A DNA stretch of 64,000 nt from an uncultured Bacteroidales bacterium (GTDB taxonomy: Bacteria > Bacteroidota > Bacteroidia > Bacteroidales > F082). Below, piece after piece: positions 1 through 8,644 of this stretch. Under the pieces are notes generated by a model. That model saw only the letters and a list, made by a program, of their open reading frames with translations. It was not told the DNA's origin and did no database searches. Position numbers and translations under genes: made by a program. The stretch's first letter is position 1, and the number at the start of each line of letters is the position of its first letter. The DNA lies in NCBI GenBank assembly GCA_900318465.1, contig ONKQ01000007.1:4437-68436 (forward strand), written 5' to 3'.

Positions 1-378
1 TGTGGCGTTGTCGCCCGAGTTGAAGAAGGCCATCTTGAAGGTCAGCACCTTCTCGATGACGCTTTGAGCCAGGTCGCGGCTGACGAAGATGCGCATCCGC
101 TCGCCATAGTAGTTTTGCGCGTAGGTGATGATGGCCGAGAGGATTTCCTTTCCGAGCAGCACCGACGAGATGAGGATGACGATGTGCATCGCCCGCTGTC
201 CCCACTTCTCCCCTGCTGTGACGAGGCCATTCACCTCATCGACTGTCCAGTCGAGCACAATGGCGTTCACCTGCGCCATCAAGGAGCCTATAAGAGTCAG
301 TATCAACGTGATGAAAACCAGCCATTTGTACGGCTTGACAAAAGGGCTGACGTTTTTGAAGAGTTGGAAGAGGTTCAT
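1..378 (-). CDS. ABC transporter permease/ATP-binding protein (MsbA-like exporter), N-terminal 126 codons; continues beyond left edge
   Basis: Minus-strand frame is open from ATG at 378 to position 1. It is absent from the ORF track because there is no stop in the window. Translation MNLFQLFKNVSPFVKPYKWLVFITLILTLIGSLMAQVNAIVLDW...YYGERMRIFVSRDLAQSVIEKVL looks like the first TM helices of an ABC_membrane-type exporter. Confidence 0.6.
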   Translation of the reverse strand, partial: MNLFQLFKNVSPFVKPYKWLVFITLILTLIGSLMAQVNAIVLDWTVDEVNGLVTAGEKWGQRAMHIVILISSVLLGKEILSAIITYAQNYYGERMRIFVSRDLAQSVIEKVLTFKMAFFNSGDNAT

Positions 379-403
379 GAGGAGATTTTATTTGTTCATT
401 TCA

Positions 404-411
404 CAAAAGTA
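404..411 (-). promoter_or_regulatory. Bacteroidota-type -7 promoter box (TAnnTTTG)
   Basis: Plus strand CAAAAGTA = TACTTTTG on minus, about 25 nt upstream of ATG 378. Confidence 0.45.
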
Positions 412-473
412 CAAGTTTTATGATTTCGTCATAAAAAGATGATGGTTTTATGATAAAAAACGTATTAGATTTT

Positions 474-532
474 GAAAATCTTCAATGAAATGAAGAAATT
501 CGATTGAAAATCTTCAATTGAATGAAGATTTT
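474..532. repeat. 59-bp hairpin-bearing repeat, copy 1 (upstream of the DUF4143 ATPase gene)
   Basis: GAAAATCTTCAATGAAATGAAGAAATTCGATTGAAAATCTTCAATTGAATGAAGATTTT. Second half contains a perfect 10-bp inverted repeat AAAATCTTCA/TGAAGATTTT. Nearly identical copy at 1699-1757. Confidence 0.85.
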
Positions 533-534
533 TG

Positions 535-542
535 TATTTTTG
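535..542 (+). promoter_or_regulatory. Bacteroidota-type -7 promoter box (TAnnTTTG)
   Basis: TATTTTTG, 21 nt upstream of ATG 564 and directly abutting repeat copy 1. Confidence 0.5.
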
Positions 543-563
543 CGGAGTAAAAACAATCAGACC

Positions 564-1700
564 ATGATACAAAGAGCTTTGAAAGAAATGATTGGGACTT
601 CCATGCAACCGAACAAGGTGATGCTGGTGTTTGGAGCAAGAAGAGTTGGTAAAACAGTGTTAATCAAGCAATTGATTGAGCAATTCAAAGGCAAGGTTCT
701 TTTTCTGAATGGAGAAGATGCCTCGACAGAAGAGATGTTTAGCACACGAACTGCCTCACATTATCGCCAACTTTTGAGCGGAACAGACTTGCTCGTCATT
801 GACGAGGCGCAAAGTATCCCTGACATTGGCAAGATTCTGAAACTCATTGTGGACGAGGTGGAAGGTATCCGTGTGTTGGTTTCGGGTTCTTCTTCTTTCG
901 ATTTGCGCAACCAGACGGGTGAGCCTTTGGTGGGGCGTTCCACCACTTTCCGTCTTTCCTCTTTGTCGGTGGGCGAGTTGCTTTCGCAACAGCCAGTGGC
1001 GCAACTGCTGCTCGATTTGGACGAGCACCTTGTTTACGGCGGTTATCCCGAACTGCTTTCCATTCCGGATTTCGAGCACAAGCAAGTCTATCTTTCGGAG
1101 TTGGCACAGTCGTATCTGCTGAAAGACATTCTCACCTTGGACGGCATCAAAAACTCTGGAAAGATGTTCAATTTGCTTCGGTTGGTGGCCTTTCAAATGG
1201 GCAGCGAAGTGTCGTATGAAGAATTGGGGCGGCAGTTGGCGTTGAGCCGCAACACCGTTGAGAAATACTTGGATTTGCTGACAAAGACCTTTGTCATTTA
1301 CCGGCTTCCGGCCTTTTCTAACAATCCGAGAAAGGAGGTCAGCAAGGCGGGCAAATGGTATTTCTACGACAACGGTATCCGCAATGCCATCATCGGCGAC
1401 TTCCGTCCGCTGGCATTAAGGCAGGATGTTGGCGCACTTTGGGAGAATTTACTGATCTCGGAACGTATAAAGATGAATGACAACCTGCATCATCGGGCGG
1501 ATTATTATTTCTGGCGCACCTATTCAGGGCAAGAAATTGATTTGATTGAAGAACGCAACGGCGAAGTAATAGCCTTTGAGTTCAAATGGGGCAGCAAGAA
1601 CCCGAAAGTGCCTGCTTCCTTTAAGGAACTATATCCCGAAGTGCCCTTTACGGTGGTTACCCGCTCCAATTTTGTGGATTTCTGTACAGAAAAACTTTAA
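564..1700 (+). CDS. AAA+ ATPase, DUF4143-type ATP-binding protein (COG1373-like)
   Basis: ORF 522..1700. Walker A GARRVGKT, Walker B LLVIDEAQ, C-terminal DUF4143-like region. Start moved to ATG 564 (MIQRAL...) because the -7 box at 535-542 lies inside the longer ORF. Confidence 0.8.
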   Translation: MIQRALKEMIGTSMQPNKVMLVFGARRVGKTVLIKQLIEQFKGKVLFLNGEDASTEEMFSTRTASHYRQLLSGTDLLVIDEAQSIPDIGKILKLIVDEVEGIRVLVSGSSSFDLRNQTGEPLVGRSTTFRLSSLSVGELLSQQPVAQLLLDLDEHLVYGGYPELLSIPDFEHKQVYLSELAQSYLLKDILTLDGIKNSGKMFNLLRLVAFQMGSEVSYEELGRQLALSRNTVEKYLDLLTKTFVIYRLPAFSNNPRKEVSKAGKWYFYDNGIRNAIIGDFRPLALRQDVGALWENLLISERIKMNDNLHHRADYYFWRTYSGQEIDLIEERNGEVIAFEFKWGSKNPKVPASFKELYPEVPFTVVTRSNFVDFCTEKL

Positions 1701-1757
1701 AATCTTCAATGAAATGAAGAAATTCGATTGAAAATCTTCAATGGGATGAAGATTTTC
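1699..1757. repeat. 59-bp hairpin-bearing repeat, copy 2 (overlaps the stop of the ATPase gene)
   Basis: Identical to copy 1 at 57 of 58 compared positions... precisely: it differs only at two loop positions of the second hairpin (ATTGAA vs ATGGGA). The stems are unchanged. Confidence 0.85.
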
Positions 1758-1812
1758 ACAATTTCTGCATCTGCGGAAATTTTAGATGGACAGTCTTGAA
1801 GAGTAAAAAACC

Positions 1813-1840
1813 GTGGAGGCGGAGTGCACACCGCCTCCAC
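1813..1840. terminator. Hairpin between convergent ATPase gene and glnS (bidirectional terminator candidate)
   Basis: GTGGAGGCGG-agtgcaca-CCGCCTCCAC, a perfect 10-bp stem flanked by A-runs on both sides. Confidence 0.6.
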
Positions 1841-1868
1841 AAAACAATGAATTCAAGATGATTACAAA

Positions 1869-3611
1869 TTACATTGTCTTAGCCCATGTGTCCTTTAACG
1901 CCACGGTGCGGTTGAAGACCAAATGATTCGCCGTGCTGTCCTTGTCGACGGTGAAATAGCCAATGCGCTGGAATTGGAAATGGTCAAGCGGCTTGGCATC
2001 GGCCAAGAATTCCTCCACATAGCACACGGGGCGCACCTCAAGCGAATTGGGGTTCATCATCTCCTTCATGGCTTCCAATGAGGTCTTGCCTTCGTTTTGC
2101 AGGCGGGCCAGTTCGTCGCGCGGGTTCTCCACCTTCCAGAGGCGGTCGTACATGCGCACCTCGGCTTCGAGACAACGCTCGCAACTCACCCAGTGGATGG
2201 TGCCCTTCACCTTGCGGTTGGCGCCGGGCAGGCCGCTCTTCGTATCGGGGTCGTATTCGGCATAGACTTCGACGACCTCGCCGTTTTCGTCCTTCTTGCA
2301 GCCCGTGCATTTCACGATGTAGGCGTTCTTCAGGCGCACTTCGTTGCCAGGGGTCATGCGGAAGTATTTCTTCGGCGCATCTTCCATAAAGTCCTCTTTT
2401 TCAATCCACAACTCGCGGCTGAAGGCAATCTTATGGCTGCCTGCGCTCTCATCCTCGGGGTTGTTGATGGCTTCCATTTCCTCAATCTGCCCTTCGGGAT
2501 AGTTGGTGATGACCAACTTCACCGGATTGACCACAGCGGCCACACGGGTAGCAGTGGCGTTGAGGTCTTCACGGATCGCGCTCTCCATCAGGGCGAAGTC
2601 GTTCAAAGCATCGTAAGTGGTATAGCCAATCTTGTCGATGAACTTGTGGATGCCGCCCGGCGTGTAGCCACGGCGACGGAAACCGCAAATCGTGGGCATA
2701 CGCGGGTCGTCCCAGCCGCTCACGAGGCCTTCGTTCACCAAAACGAGCAGATTGCGCTTGCTCAAAAGGATATAGTTGAGGTTCAGCTTGTTAAACTCGG
2801 TTTGGCGCGGACGATTGTCGTCCATGTTGTCACCCTCGCCACGGATTTCTTTCAGCCAATCAACGAACAAATCATAGAGCGGACGGTGTACTACAAACTC
2901 CAAAGTACAGAGCGAGTGTGTGACGCCCTCGAAGTAGTCGCTTTGCCCGTGGGCGAAGTCATACATCGGGTAGGCGTGCCACTTGGTACCCGTGCGATGG
3001 TGTGGCGTGTCGACAACGCGATAGATAATCGGGTCGCGGAAGTGCATGTTCGGGTTGGCCATGTCAATCTTGGCACGAAGCACCATCTTGCCTTCGCCGA
3101 TTTCGCCGTTGTTCATTTTGTTGAACAAGTCCAATGATTCTTCAATCGGGCGGTTGCGGTAAGGGCTTTCCACGCCAGGTTGCGTGGGTGTTCCCTTTTG
3201 TGCAGCAATTTCTTCCGAACTTTGCTCGTCGATGTAGGCCTTGCCTCTTTTGATTAATTCTATGGCGAAATCCCAGAGTTGCTGGAAGTAATCGGAGGCG
3301 TAGTATTCGTTACCCCACTGGTAGCCAAGCCATTGGATATCCTCTTTGATGGCATCGACGTATTCCATATTCTCCTTGGTGGGATTGGTGTCGTCGAAGC
3401 GCAGGTTGCACACGCCGCCGTGTTGCGCGGCAATGCCGAAGTCAAGGCAGATGGCCTTGGCGTGGCCAATGTGAAGGTAACCGTTCGGCTCTGGGGGGAA
3501 GCGCGTCTGCACACGTCCGCCATTCTTGCCGTTGGCGAGGTCTTCTTCCACTTTCGCTTCAATGAAATTGAGCGACTTCTTTTCCGTTACTTTTTCTTCT
3601 GGGTTTGTCAT
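1869..3611 (-). CDS. glnS: Glutamine--tRNA ligase
   Basis: 580-aa ORF. Class I HIGH region PEPNGYLHIGHAKA and RFDDTNP. Overall layout is typical of GlnRS. Confidence 0.93.
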   Translation of the reverse strand: MTNPEEKVTEKKSLNFIEAKVEEDLANGKNGGRVQTRFPPEPNGYLHIGHAKAICLDFGIAAQHGGVCNLRFDDTNPTKENMEYVDAIKEDIQWLGYQWGNEYYASDYFQQLWDFAIELIKRGKAYIDEQSSEEIAAQKGTPTQPGVESPYRNRPIEESLDLFNKMNNGEIGEGKMVLRAKIDMANPNMHFRDPIIYRVVDTPHHRTGTKWHAYPMYDFAHGQSDYFEGVTHSLCTLEFVVHRPLYDLFVDWLKEIRGEGDNMDDNRPRQTEFNKLNLNYILLSKRNLLVLVNEGLVSGWDDPRMPTICGFRRRGYTPGGIHKFIDKIGYTTYDALNDFALMESAIREDLNATATRVAAVVNPVKLVITNYPEGQIEEMEAINNPEDESAGSHKIAFSRELWIEKEDFMEDAPKKYFRMTPGNEVRLKNAYIVKCTGCKKDENGEVVEVYAEYDPDTKSGLPGANRKVKGTIHWVSCERCLEAEVRMYDRLWKVENPRDELARLQNEGKTSLEAMKEMMNPNSLEVRPVCYVEEFLADAKPLDHFQFQRIGYFTVDKDSTANHLVFNRTVALKDTWAKTM

Positions 3612-3648
3612 AGAATTATGGATTGTTTGTTTAATAAATGCAATTTAG

Positions 3649-4317
3649 TTATTGATGCGCGTCCATCGGGGCGTGTTGCTCCCCTATCATCTTTTGCAGA
3701 TCGAGCATATCGATCAAATTGTCAATTTCTTCAACACTACTGAAAACACAATGTATGATTTCACTGACATTTCTATCCTCAAAAGCGATTACCTTTTTTC
3801 TGATACTGATTAATAGTTGTCCGTTTTCGTCAAATTCAAACTTAGATTTCAACTTATCGAAACTGGTCCACCTCGTCGGATTGTCCCATGAAATTGGCAT
3901 CATGTGAGATTCAAACTCCAAATCATTCCTCATCTTCCTTTCTTTGCCTTTTGTATCCCTTTCCAACCATTTCACGTATGTGTTTTTCATGCGTTTCAGA
4001 AACGACACAAAATATCCCAACTCCTCATTGTTCAACAGAATTGATGCGTTTTCAGAGTTTCCAATAGTGGGCATTTGTACAAAAATCATCATGTCGCCAG
4101 TTGGCTCGGTATGACTCTTGGATTTCACCATTTTGCCATTGGAAAGCTCCATTACACACGTTCCTGTATCGTAAGCTTTTATGAAAAACTCACGATTGAA
4201 GTAACTTAAGTGGTAATACCTTAAGTAGTTAGGCTCTGCCTCTTGTGCCAAAGACAAGTTGCAAACCTGCAACAAAGCCAACAATAAGGTTGTGACAATT
4301 GCTCGTTGTGCTCTCAT
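3649..4317 (-). CDS. Hypothetical secreted protein
   Basis: 222-aa ORF with N-terminal signal peptide (MRAQRAIVTTLLLALLQVCNLSLAQE). No motif recognised. Confidence 0.55.
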   Translation of the reverse strand: MRAQRAIVTTLLLALLQVCNLSLAQEAEPNYLRYYHLSYFNREFFIKAYDTGTCVMELSNGKMVKSKSHTEPTGDMMIFVQMPTIGNSENASILLNNEELGYFVSFLKRMKNTYVKWLERDTKGKERKMRNDLEFESHMMPISWDNPTRWTSFDKLKSKFEFDENGQLLISIRKKVIAFEDRNVSEIIHCVFSSVEEIDNLIDMLDLQKMIGEQHAPMDAHQ

Positions 4318-4334
4318 TGCTTGTAGTGCTTACA

Positions 4335-6065
4335 TCAATAAGCCTTATACTTGTCGCCTGTCTTCTCGATGAGGATTTGGTAATACTCGTCGCTGTATTT
4401 GGGGTGCTTGCTGTTGATGGGCACATATTTCTGTCCCTTCACGGGCTCGCCAGGCGTGTTCAGGTTGCCGTCCATGTATTTCATGAACAAGTCGTGGTAG
4501 AACCTTTTCCACGATTGGGTCATCTTATTGGCTTGGTTGCATGAGAATTGCGTCAATTCCTTCACTTGTGCCTCTTTGCCCTTGATGGCAAATACGCGCT
4601 TATCGAGTTCGGGAACGGCCTTGTTCACCCAGCTCTCTTCCATTTCGCGCTGGCGTTTGTGGATTTCGGGGTGGATGTAATTGTACTTGGTGTAGGCCCA
4701 ATTGCTCATTTGGTTGAAGGTCCAGAAAGCGGAAGTCTCCGACCATTCTGTCATCGAGCCGTTGCCTTCGCGGAAGCACTCGGGGACTTCGGTCATGCAG
4801 GTGTACATCGGGCAATAGACGCAGTTGTCGGCATCGTCGACACCGAACCAAATGATGCCATATTGCTGGTTGCCACGGCTTTGGGCAACAAACGAGAAAC
4901 CAGTCTGCTGGGTGGCGGTGGTGCGCTCGTGAACGTATTCCTGTCCGTTCACCTCAAACTGCATCGGACGCCAACGGTAAGGGCAGTGGAACGGGCCTGC
5001 GCCCACATCTTGCGACATATCGAGTTCAGTGCCTTCGAGGTGGTCGCGCATGAAGTCCATCATGTCAAGCACGCTGACTTTCTTGTTGGGCAGCACCCAA
5101 AGGGGCATACGGTTGGTGGGGAAATTGTCGGGCGTTTGGCACATGCCGGCGGTGAAGGGCTGCACGCGCTTGATGTCGCGACCCGTGGCATAGCCCCAAT
5201 AGTCCTTCATGTTGTCGGTCACCTTGTTGAACATGGCCCACACACGGAGATCGCAGAAGCGGGCACCGCTGAAGTCAACAGGATTGTAAACATCTGAGAA
5301 CGAGAACTTCTCATCGGGACCGTCGTAAAGTTTCATCTCTTTGGCAAAGCTGATGACATCGTCGGCATAAACGCAGTCGATGTTCGTGTCCTTAAACAGC
5401 TTGTCGATTTGCTTGAAAGTGATGCTGGTCTTGTTTTTCTTCGCCAAGGGGAAAGTGGTGATGCGGGCTTGGTTGGCGTGACCACTCACATAGCCGTCAG
5501 GAATGCGGCGGGCCACCCAAACAGCACCCTTTTCTTGCTTTCCCTTGCCAATCATTTCGAGAATCCAAACCTCTTCGGTGTCGCAAATCGAGAACGACTC
5601 GCCCTCACTGACGTAGCCATAGTTGGCCACCAATTCGCCCATGCACTTGATGGCTTCGCGGGCGGTCTTGGCGCGTTGCAAGGTGATGTAAATCAAGCTG
5701 CCGTAGTCGATGATGCCAGGGCCTTCCCAGAGGCTTTCGAGGCCACCGTAAGTCGTTTCGCCAATGGCCAATTGCCATTCGTTCATGTTGCCGACCACAT
5801 TATAGGTGTGCGCCACCTCGGGGATTTGGCCACGATACATGCCGCCGTCCCAGTCGTACACATCGCGCATAGCACCTGCCGGCCAGTCGGCAGCAGGATA
5901 GTGATACAACTCGCCATAAAGCACATGGCTGTCGGCAGCGTAGGAAATCATGCAGGAGCCGTCAGTTGAGGCGCCTTTAGTAATGAGGAAATTGGTGCAG
6001 GCATTGGCTTTTCCGAAGCAGAAAACGAGAGCCAAAGCCACGATTGCTGAGAATACTTTTTTCAT
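4335..6065 (-). CDS. Peptidase family C69 dipeptidase
   Basis: 576-aa ORF. A signal peptide is followed by the N-terminal nucleophile context ANA/CTNFLITKGASTDGS, characteristic of C69 (dipeptidase A-like) enzymes. Confidence 0.8.
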   Translation of the reverse strand: MKKVFSAIVALALVFCFGKANACTNFLITKGASTDGSCMISYAADSHVLYGELYHYPAADWPAGAMRDVYDWDGGMYRGQIPEVAHTYNVVGNMNEWQLAIGETTYGGLESLWEGPGIIDYGSLIYITLQRAKTAREAIKCMGELVANYGYVSEGESFSICDTEEVWILEMIGKGKQEKGAVWVARRIPDGYVSGHANQARITTFPLAKKNKTSITFKQIDKLFKDTNIDCVYADDVISFAKEMKLYDGPDEKFSFSDVYNPVDFSGARFCDLRVWAMFNKVTDNMKDYWGYATGRDIKRVQPFTAGMCQTPDNFPTNRMPLWVLPNKKVSVLDMMDFMRDHLEGTELDMSQDVGAGPFHCPYRWRPMQFEVNGQEYVHERTTATQQTGFSFVAQSRGNQQYGIIWFGVDDADNCVYCPMYTCMTEVPECFREGNGSMTEWSETSAFWTFNQMSNWAYTKYNYIHPEIHKRQREMEESWVNKAVPELDKRVFAIKGKEAQVKELTQFSCNQANKMTQSWKRFYHDLFMKYMDGNLNTPGEPVKGQKYVPINSKHPKYSDEYYQILIEKTGDKYKAY

Positions 6066-6105
6066 ATTAAGATAGTTTTGTTGTTTGTTTCGATTTACGA
6101 CGGCA

Positions 6106-6113
6106 CAAAGATA
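6106..6113 (-). promoter_or_regulatory. Bacteroidota-type -7 promoter box (TAnnTTTG)
   Basis: Plus strand CAAAGATA = TATCTTTG on minus, 40 nt upstream of ATG 6065. Confidence 0.4.
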
Positions 6114-6333
6114 GTAAAATGTTGAATTAAATAATGTTGATTTGTTGAATTGTTTTTAAATCATAGATATACAGCGATTTATCCGACAGCAAACGACAAC
6201 AAACGATTACTGTCGACTACAAACGTTTAATCAACGGCTTAGTCTTGACAAGTGTTGTTACTTTGCATCGTCAAACCGAAAGGAGCGACACGACAATTCA
6301 AAACATATTATTAATCATCAAACACACACAACC

Positions 6334-6678
6334 ATGAGTACAATGAGAAATTCGGTCACGCTGATTGGCCGCCCAGGTGCAGAGCCTGAAATCAAAAACT
6401 TCAACAACAACAAGAAAGCAAGTTTCCGTATCGCCGTCAACGAAAGACGCAAGAACGCCAATGGAGAATGGGTCGACAACACGCAATGGTTCCCAGTGGT
6501 GGCATGGGGCAACATGGCCGACCGTATCTATCGGAATGTAAAGAAAGGCTCGCTACTTGCCATCAACGGGAGCCTGCACAACAACGAATGGACCGACGAC
6601 AAAGGCCAGCGGCACAATGTCACCGAAATTTGGGTCAGCGATTTGTCACCGCTTGAAAAGGCCAAGGAACAACAATAA
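6334..6678 (+). CDS. ssb: Single-stranded DNA-binding protein, short form without acidic C-terminal tail
   Basis: 114 aa. OB-fold pattern NSVTLIGRPGAEPE...FRIAVNERRKNANGEWVDNTQWFPVVAWG...LAINGSL. Ends ...PLEKAKEQQ with no D-D-D-I-P-F type tail. Confidence 0.8.
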   Translation: MSTMRNSVTLIGRPGAEPEIKNFNNNKKASFRIAVNERRKNANGEWVDNTQWFPVVAWGNMADRIYRNVKKGSLLAINGSLHNNEWTDDKGQRHNVTEIWVSDLSPLEKAKEQQ

Positions 6679-6739
6679 ACAAAGAAGGGCGGCCTCATGG
6701 TCGCCCTCATGTTTCTTTCGTCGAATAAACTATTGTCAT

Positions 6740-7315
6740 TCAGTTGGTTTCCATCATCCGCCGCCACTTGAGGTAGCCAAACACGGCAATGATGACATAC
6801 AAGGCATAGAGTCCTGCCTTGAAGGGAATATCTTTATAAAAATACAGCGCACACGTCACCACATCAACGACAATCCAAACAAACCACTGCTCAAGGTATT
6901 TGCGAGCCAATGCCCAAATGCCCACAATGCTCAAGGCGGTAGTGAAGGCATCGGCCACAGGGACGTTGGAATTGGTGAACCTTGACAAAAGGAAATAAAT
7001 GGCCGCCCAAATCGCAGCGGCGAGACCCAACCAGGCCAACGCCAGCTTCTTAGGCATGTGACGTATGGGCAGGTCGGCGGTTTTCTGTTTGTGACGCATC
7101 CAAGCAACGAAGCCATAAACGGTCATGGCCAAATAATAAAACTCCATGCCGCAGTCGGCGTAAAGACCTTTCTGATAGTACAATACGATGCCCAACGACT
7201 GCATGAAAAAACCTACGACCCACATCCAAACGCTGGCCTTGTACTCCAATAGGATGTAAGCCAGTCCTAATGCAGTGGTGGTGATGTCGAGCCAATGAGC
7301 AGCAAAAAACTCCAT
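6740..7315 (-). CDS. pnuC: Nicotinamide riboside transporter PnuC family
   Basis: 191-aa polytopic membrane protein. The N-terminus MEFFAAHWLDITTTALGLAYILLEYKASVWMW and the W-rich TM helices are typical of PnuC. Confidence 0.75.
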   Translation of the reverse strand: MEFFAAHWLDITTTALGLAYILLEYKASVWMWVVGFFMQSLGIVLYYQKGLYADCGMEFYYLAMTVYGFVAWMRHKQKTADLPIRHMPKKLALAWLGLAAAIWAAIYFLLSRFTNSNVPVADAFTTALSIVGIWALARKYLEQWFVWIVVDVVTCALYFYKDIPFKAGLYALYVIIAVFGYLKWRRMMETN

Positions 7316-7321
7316 ACCACC

Positions 7322-8644
7322 TTACATTTTGCTTTTCATTTCATCCGCCATCGAGACAAACTGCCCAACATTCATACATTTCAAGAAAATCAAGCCGTGG
7401 GTAGCACGAACAAGCGGGTGATTGTTCTCGTAGAAGTAATTCTTCCCTAAAACTAATTGTATGTCTTTCAACTGCTTGACCCAAATGCTTGCGGCCAACT
7501 CACTGAAAGGCCCATCGAAATCGGGATTAGGGAACTCTGCCTTGACTTGCGTAAGGTAGCTGTCTTTGAAAGCCTTTTCAAAAACAGCGAATGCATTGAG
7601 TGACACTGGCACATATAAATTCGCCTCTGATGGATGGAAGGTCGACCAAACATTTCGGTAGCCGATGATTTTCAGATTGTTAAGGTCTTCTTCCTCGTTC
7701 CAAAGCCTGATAGCTTCGGCGATGGACTGCATGACTTTATAGTGAGTATTGGGCCCCAAACCCTCCGAGTCAATGGCCACGGTGATGATGGTAGGCTTTA
7801 ACTCACGCAGTTGGTTGAGGATAGGATCAATGTCACGCTCGCGGTTCGGGAAATCCTCGCTATGGCTGTAAAATCCAAGTCTCAGATGGTGAATATGACT
7901 CAATGACGTACCCGCGTAAGCCCAAACCAATTCTTCCTCAAACTCACGGATTTGACCCTTTAGTTTCTGTATTTCAGGACTATTCTCTTGACCTTTTCCA
8001 AGATTCTCAATCTCCATTTTGAACCGTGTCTCGATGTCGTCCATGCTCTTTAGCTGCCACAGTCCCACGGCATCGCGCAAAATGCGGTGACAGAAACCGC
8101 GTCGCATTTCGTCAGGATCTCTACGAGCCACATTGTCAAGATAATGGTATATGTCCTTCACTTGCTTGAAGCGATATCCGCTTTCGAAAAAGTCGGGATA
8201 AAGCACCATCTGGATGCGCCCCTGATGCAGGTAGTTCAATGTGTCTTGCAAGGCCTCCAACAAAAACTCATTGGTGACGGAATGATAACCCGAGGTCATG
8301 ATGGCAAAATGCACCTGATTCAGCGGCGACCGTAACTGATGGTTAATGAAAGGCATGATGCCCAACATGATGTCGTCGTGATGCGGCCCCGTATTGTAAA
8401 TAACCTCATTCTCAATCGGTTGTATTCCACGTTGCAGCTTGGCTTCCACATCATCAATGACTTCTTGAATGCGGTCCAAACTGAGGTCGGGAATCCTTGA
8501 GCAACGTGGGTCGTTCCGCAAATCATCCAACGTCAGCTTGTGGGCGTAACGGTTGAGGATTTTGCACAAACCGATGACGGCACGTTCGGTTTTCTCGAAG
8601 TTCCATTCGCCGTCGAAAAAAGAAGGGTCGGTTTTGTTGAACAT
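7322..8644 (-). CDS. PIG-L/LmbE-like deacetylase family protein (putative)
   Basis: 440-aa ORF with GPHHDDIMLG, resembling the (A/P)HPDDE metal-binding motif of PIG-L/LmbE N-deacetylases. Its start overlaps the ugd stop by 1 nt (TAATG). Confidence 0.5.
   Translation of the reverse strand: MFNKTDPSFFDGEWNFEKTERAVIGLCKILNRYAHKLTLDDLRNDPRCSRIPDLSLDRIQEVIDDVEAKLQRGIQPIENEVIYNTGPHHDDIMLGIMPFINHQLRSPLNQVHFAIMTSGYHSVTNEFLLEALQDTLNYLHQGRIQMVLYPDFFESGYRFKQVKDIYHYLDNVARRDPDEMRRGFCHRILRDAVGLWQLKSMDDIETRFKMEIENLGKGQENSPEIQKLKGQIREFEEELVWAYAGTSLSHIHHLRLGFYSHSEDFPNRERDIDPILNQLRELKPTIITVAIDSEGLGPNTHYKVMQSIAEAIRLWNEEEDLNNLKIIGYRNVWSTFHPSEANLYVPVSLNAFAVFEKAFKDSYLTQVKAEFPNPDFDGPFSELAASIWVKQLKDIQLVLGKNYFYENNHPLVRATHGLIFLKCMNVGQFVSMADEMKSKM

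Noticed and set aside
474-1757. Reading the 59-bp flanking repeats as integron attC (59-base element) sites that define a gene cassette.
   Set aside because: No integron integrase or attI is in the window. The gene has its own promoter, the neighbours are housekeeping genes, and I cannot identify R/L core sites. I keep this only as a remote analogy.
2097-3137. Long antisense ORFs over other genes: 2097..3137 (glnS), 11321..12292 (wbpB), 24465..25388 (DUF1846), 28522..29685 (AlbA_2), 54184..55359 (lptD), and 40668..42014, 43188..43730, 48501..49436 and 50400..51455 (giant gene).
   Set aside because: For every one, the offset to the sense stop or start is a multiple of 3 (for example 2097-1869=228, 54184-53476=708, 40668-39276=1392). 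This is the same codon-usage artefact, with no independent coding evidence.
6066-6333. A possible tRNA or small RNA in the 268-nt AT-rich spacer upstream of ssb. Other spacers longer than 150 nt were considered too.
   Set aside because: I could find no cloverleaf-compatible segments, no GTTCGAATC-type T-arm, and no promoter-plus-terminator pair by eye. A proper tRNAscan/Infernal run is still advisable.
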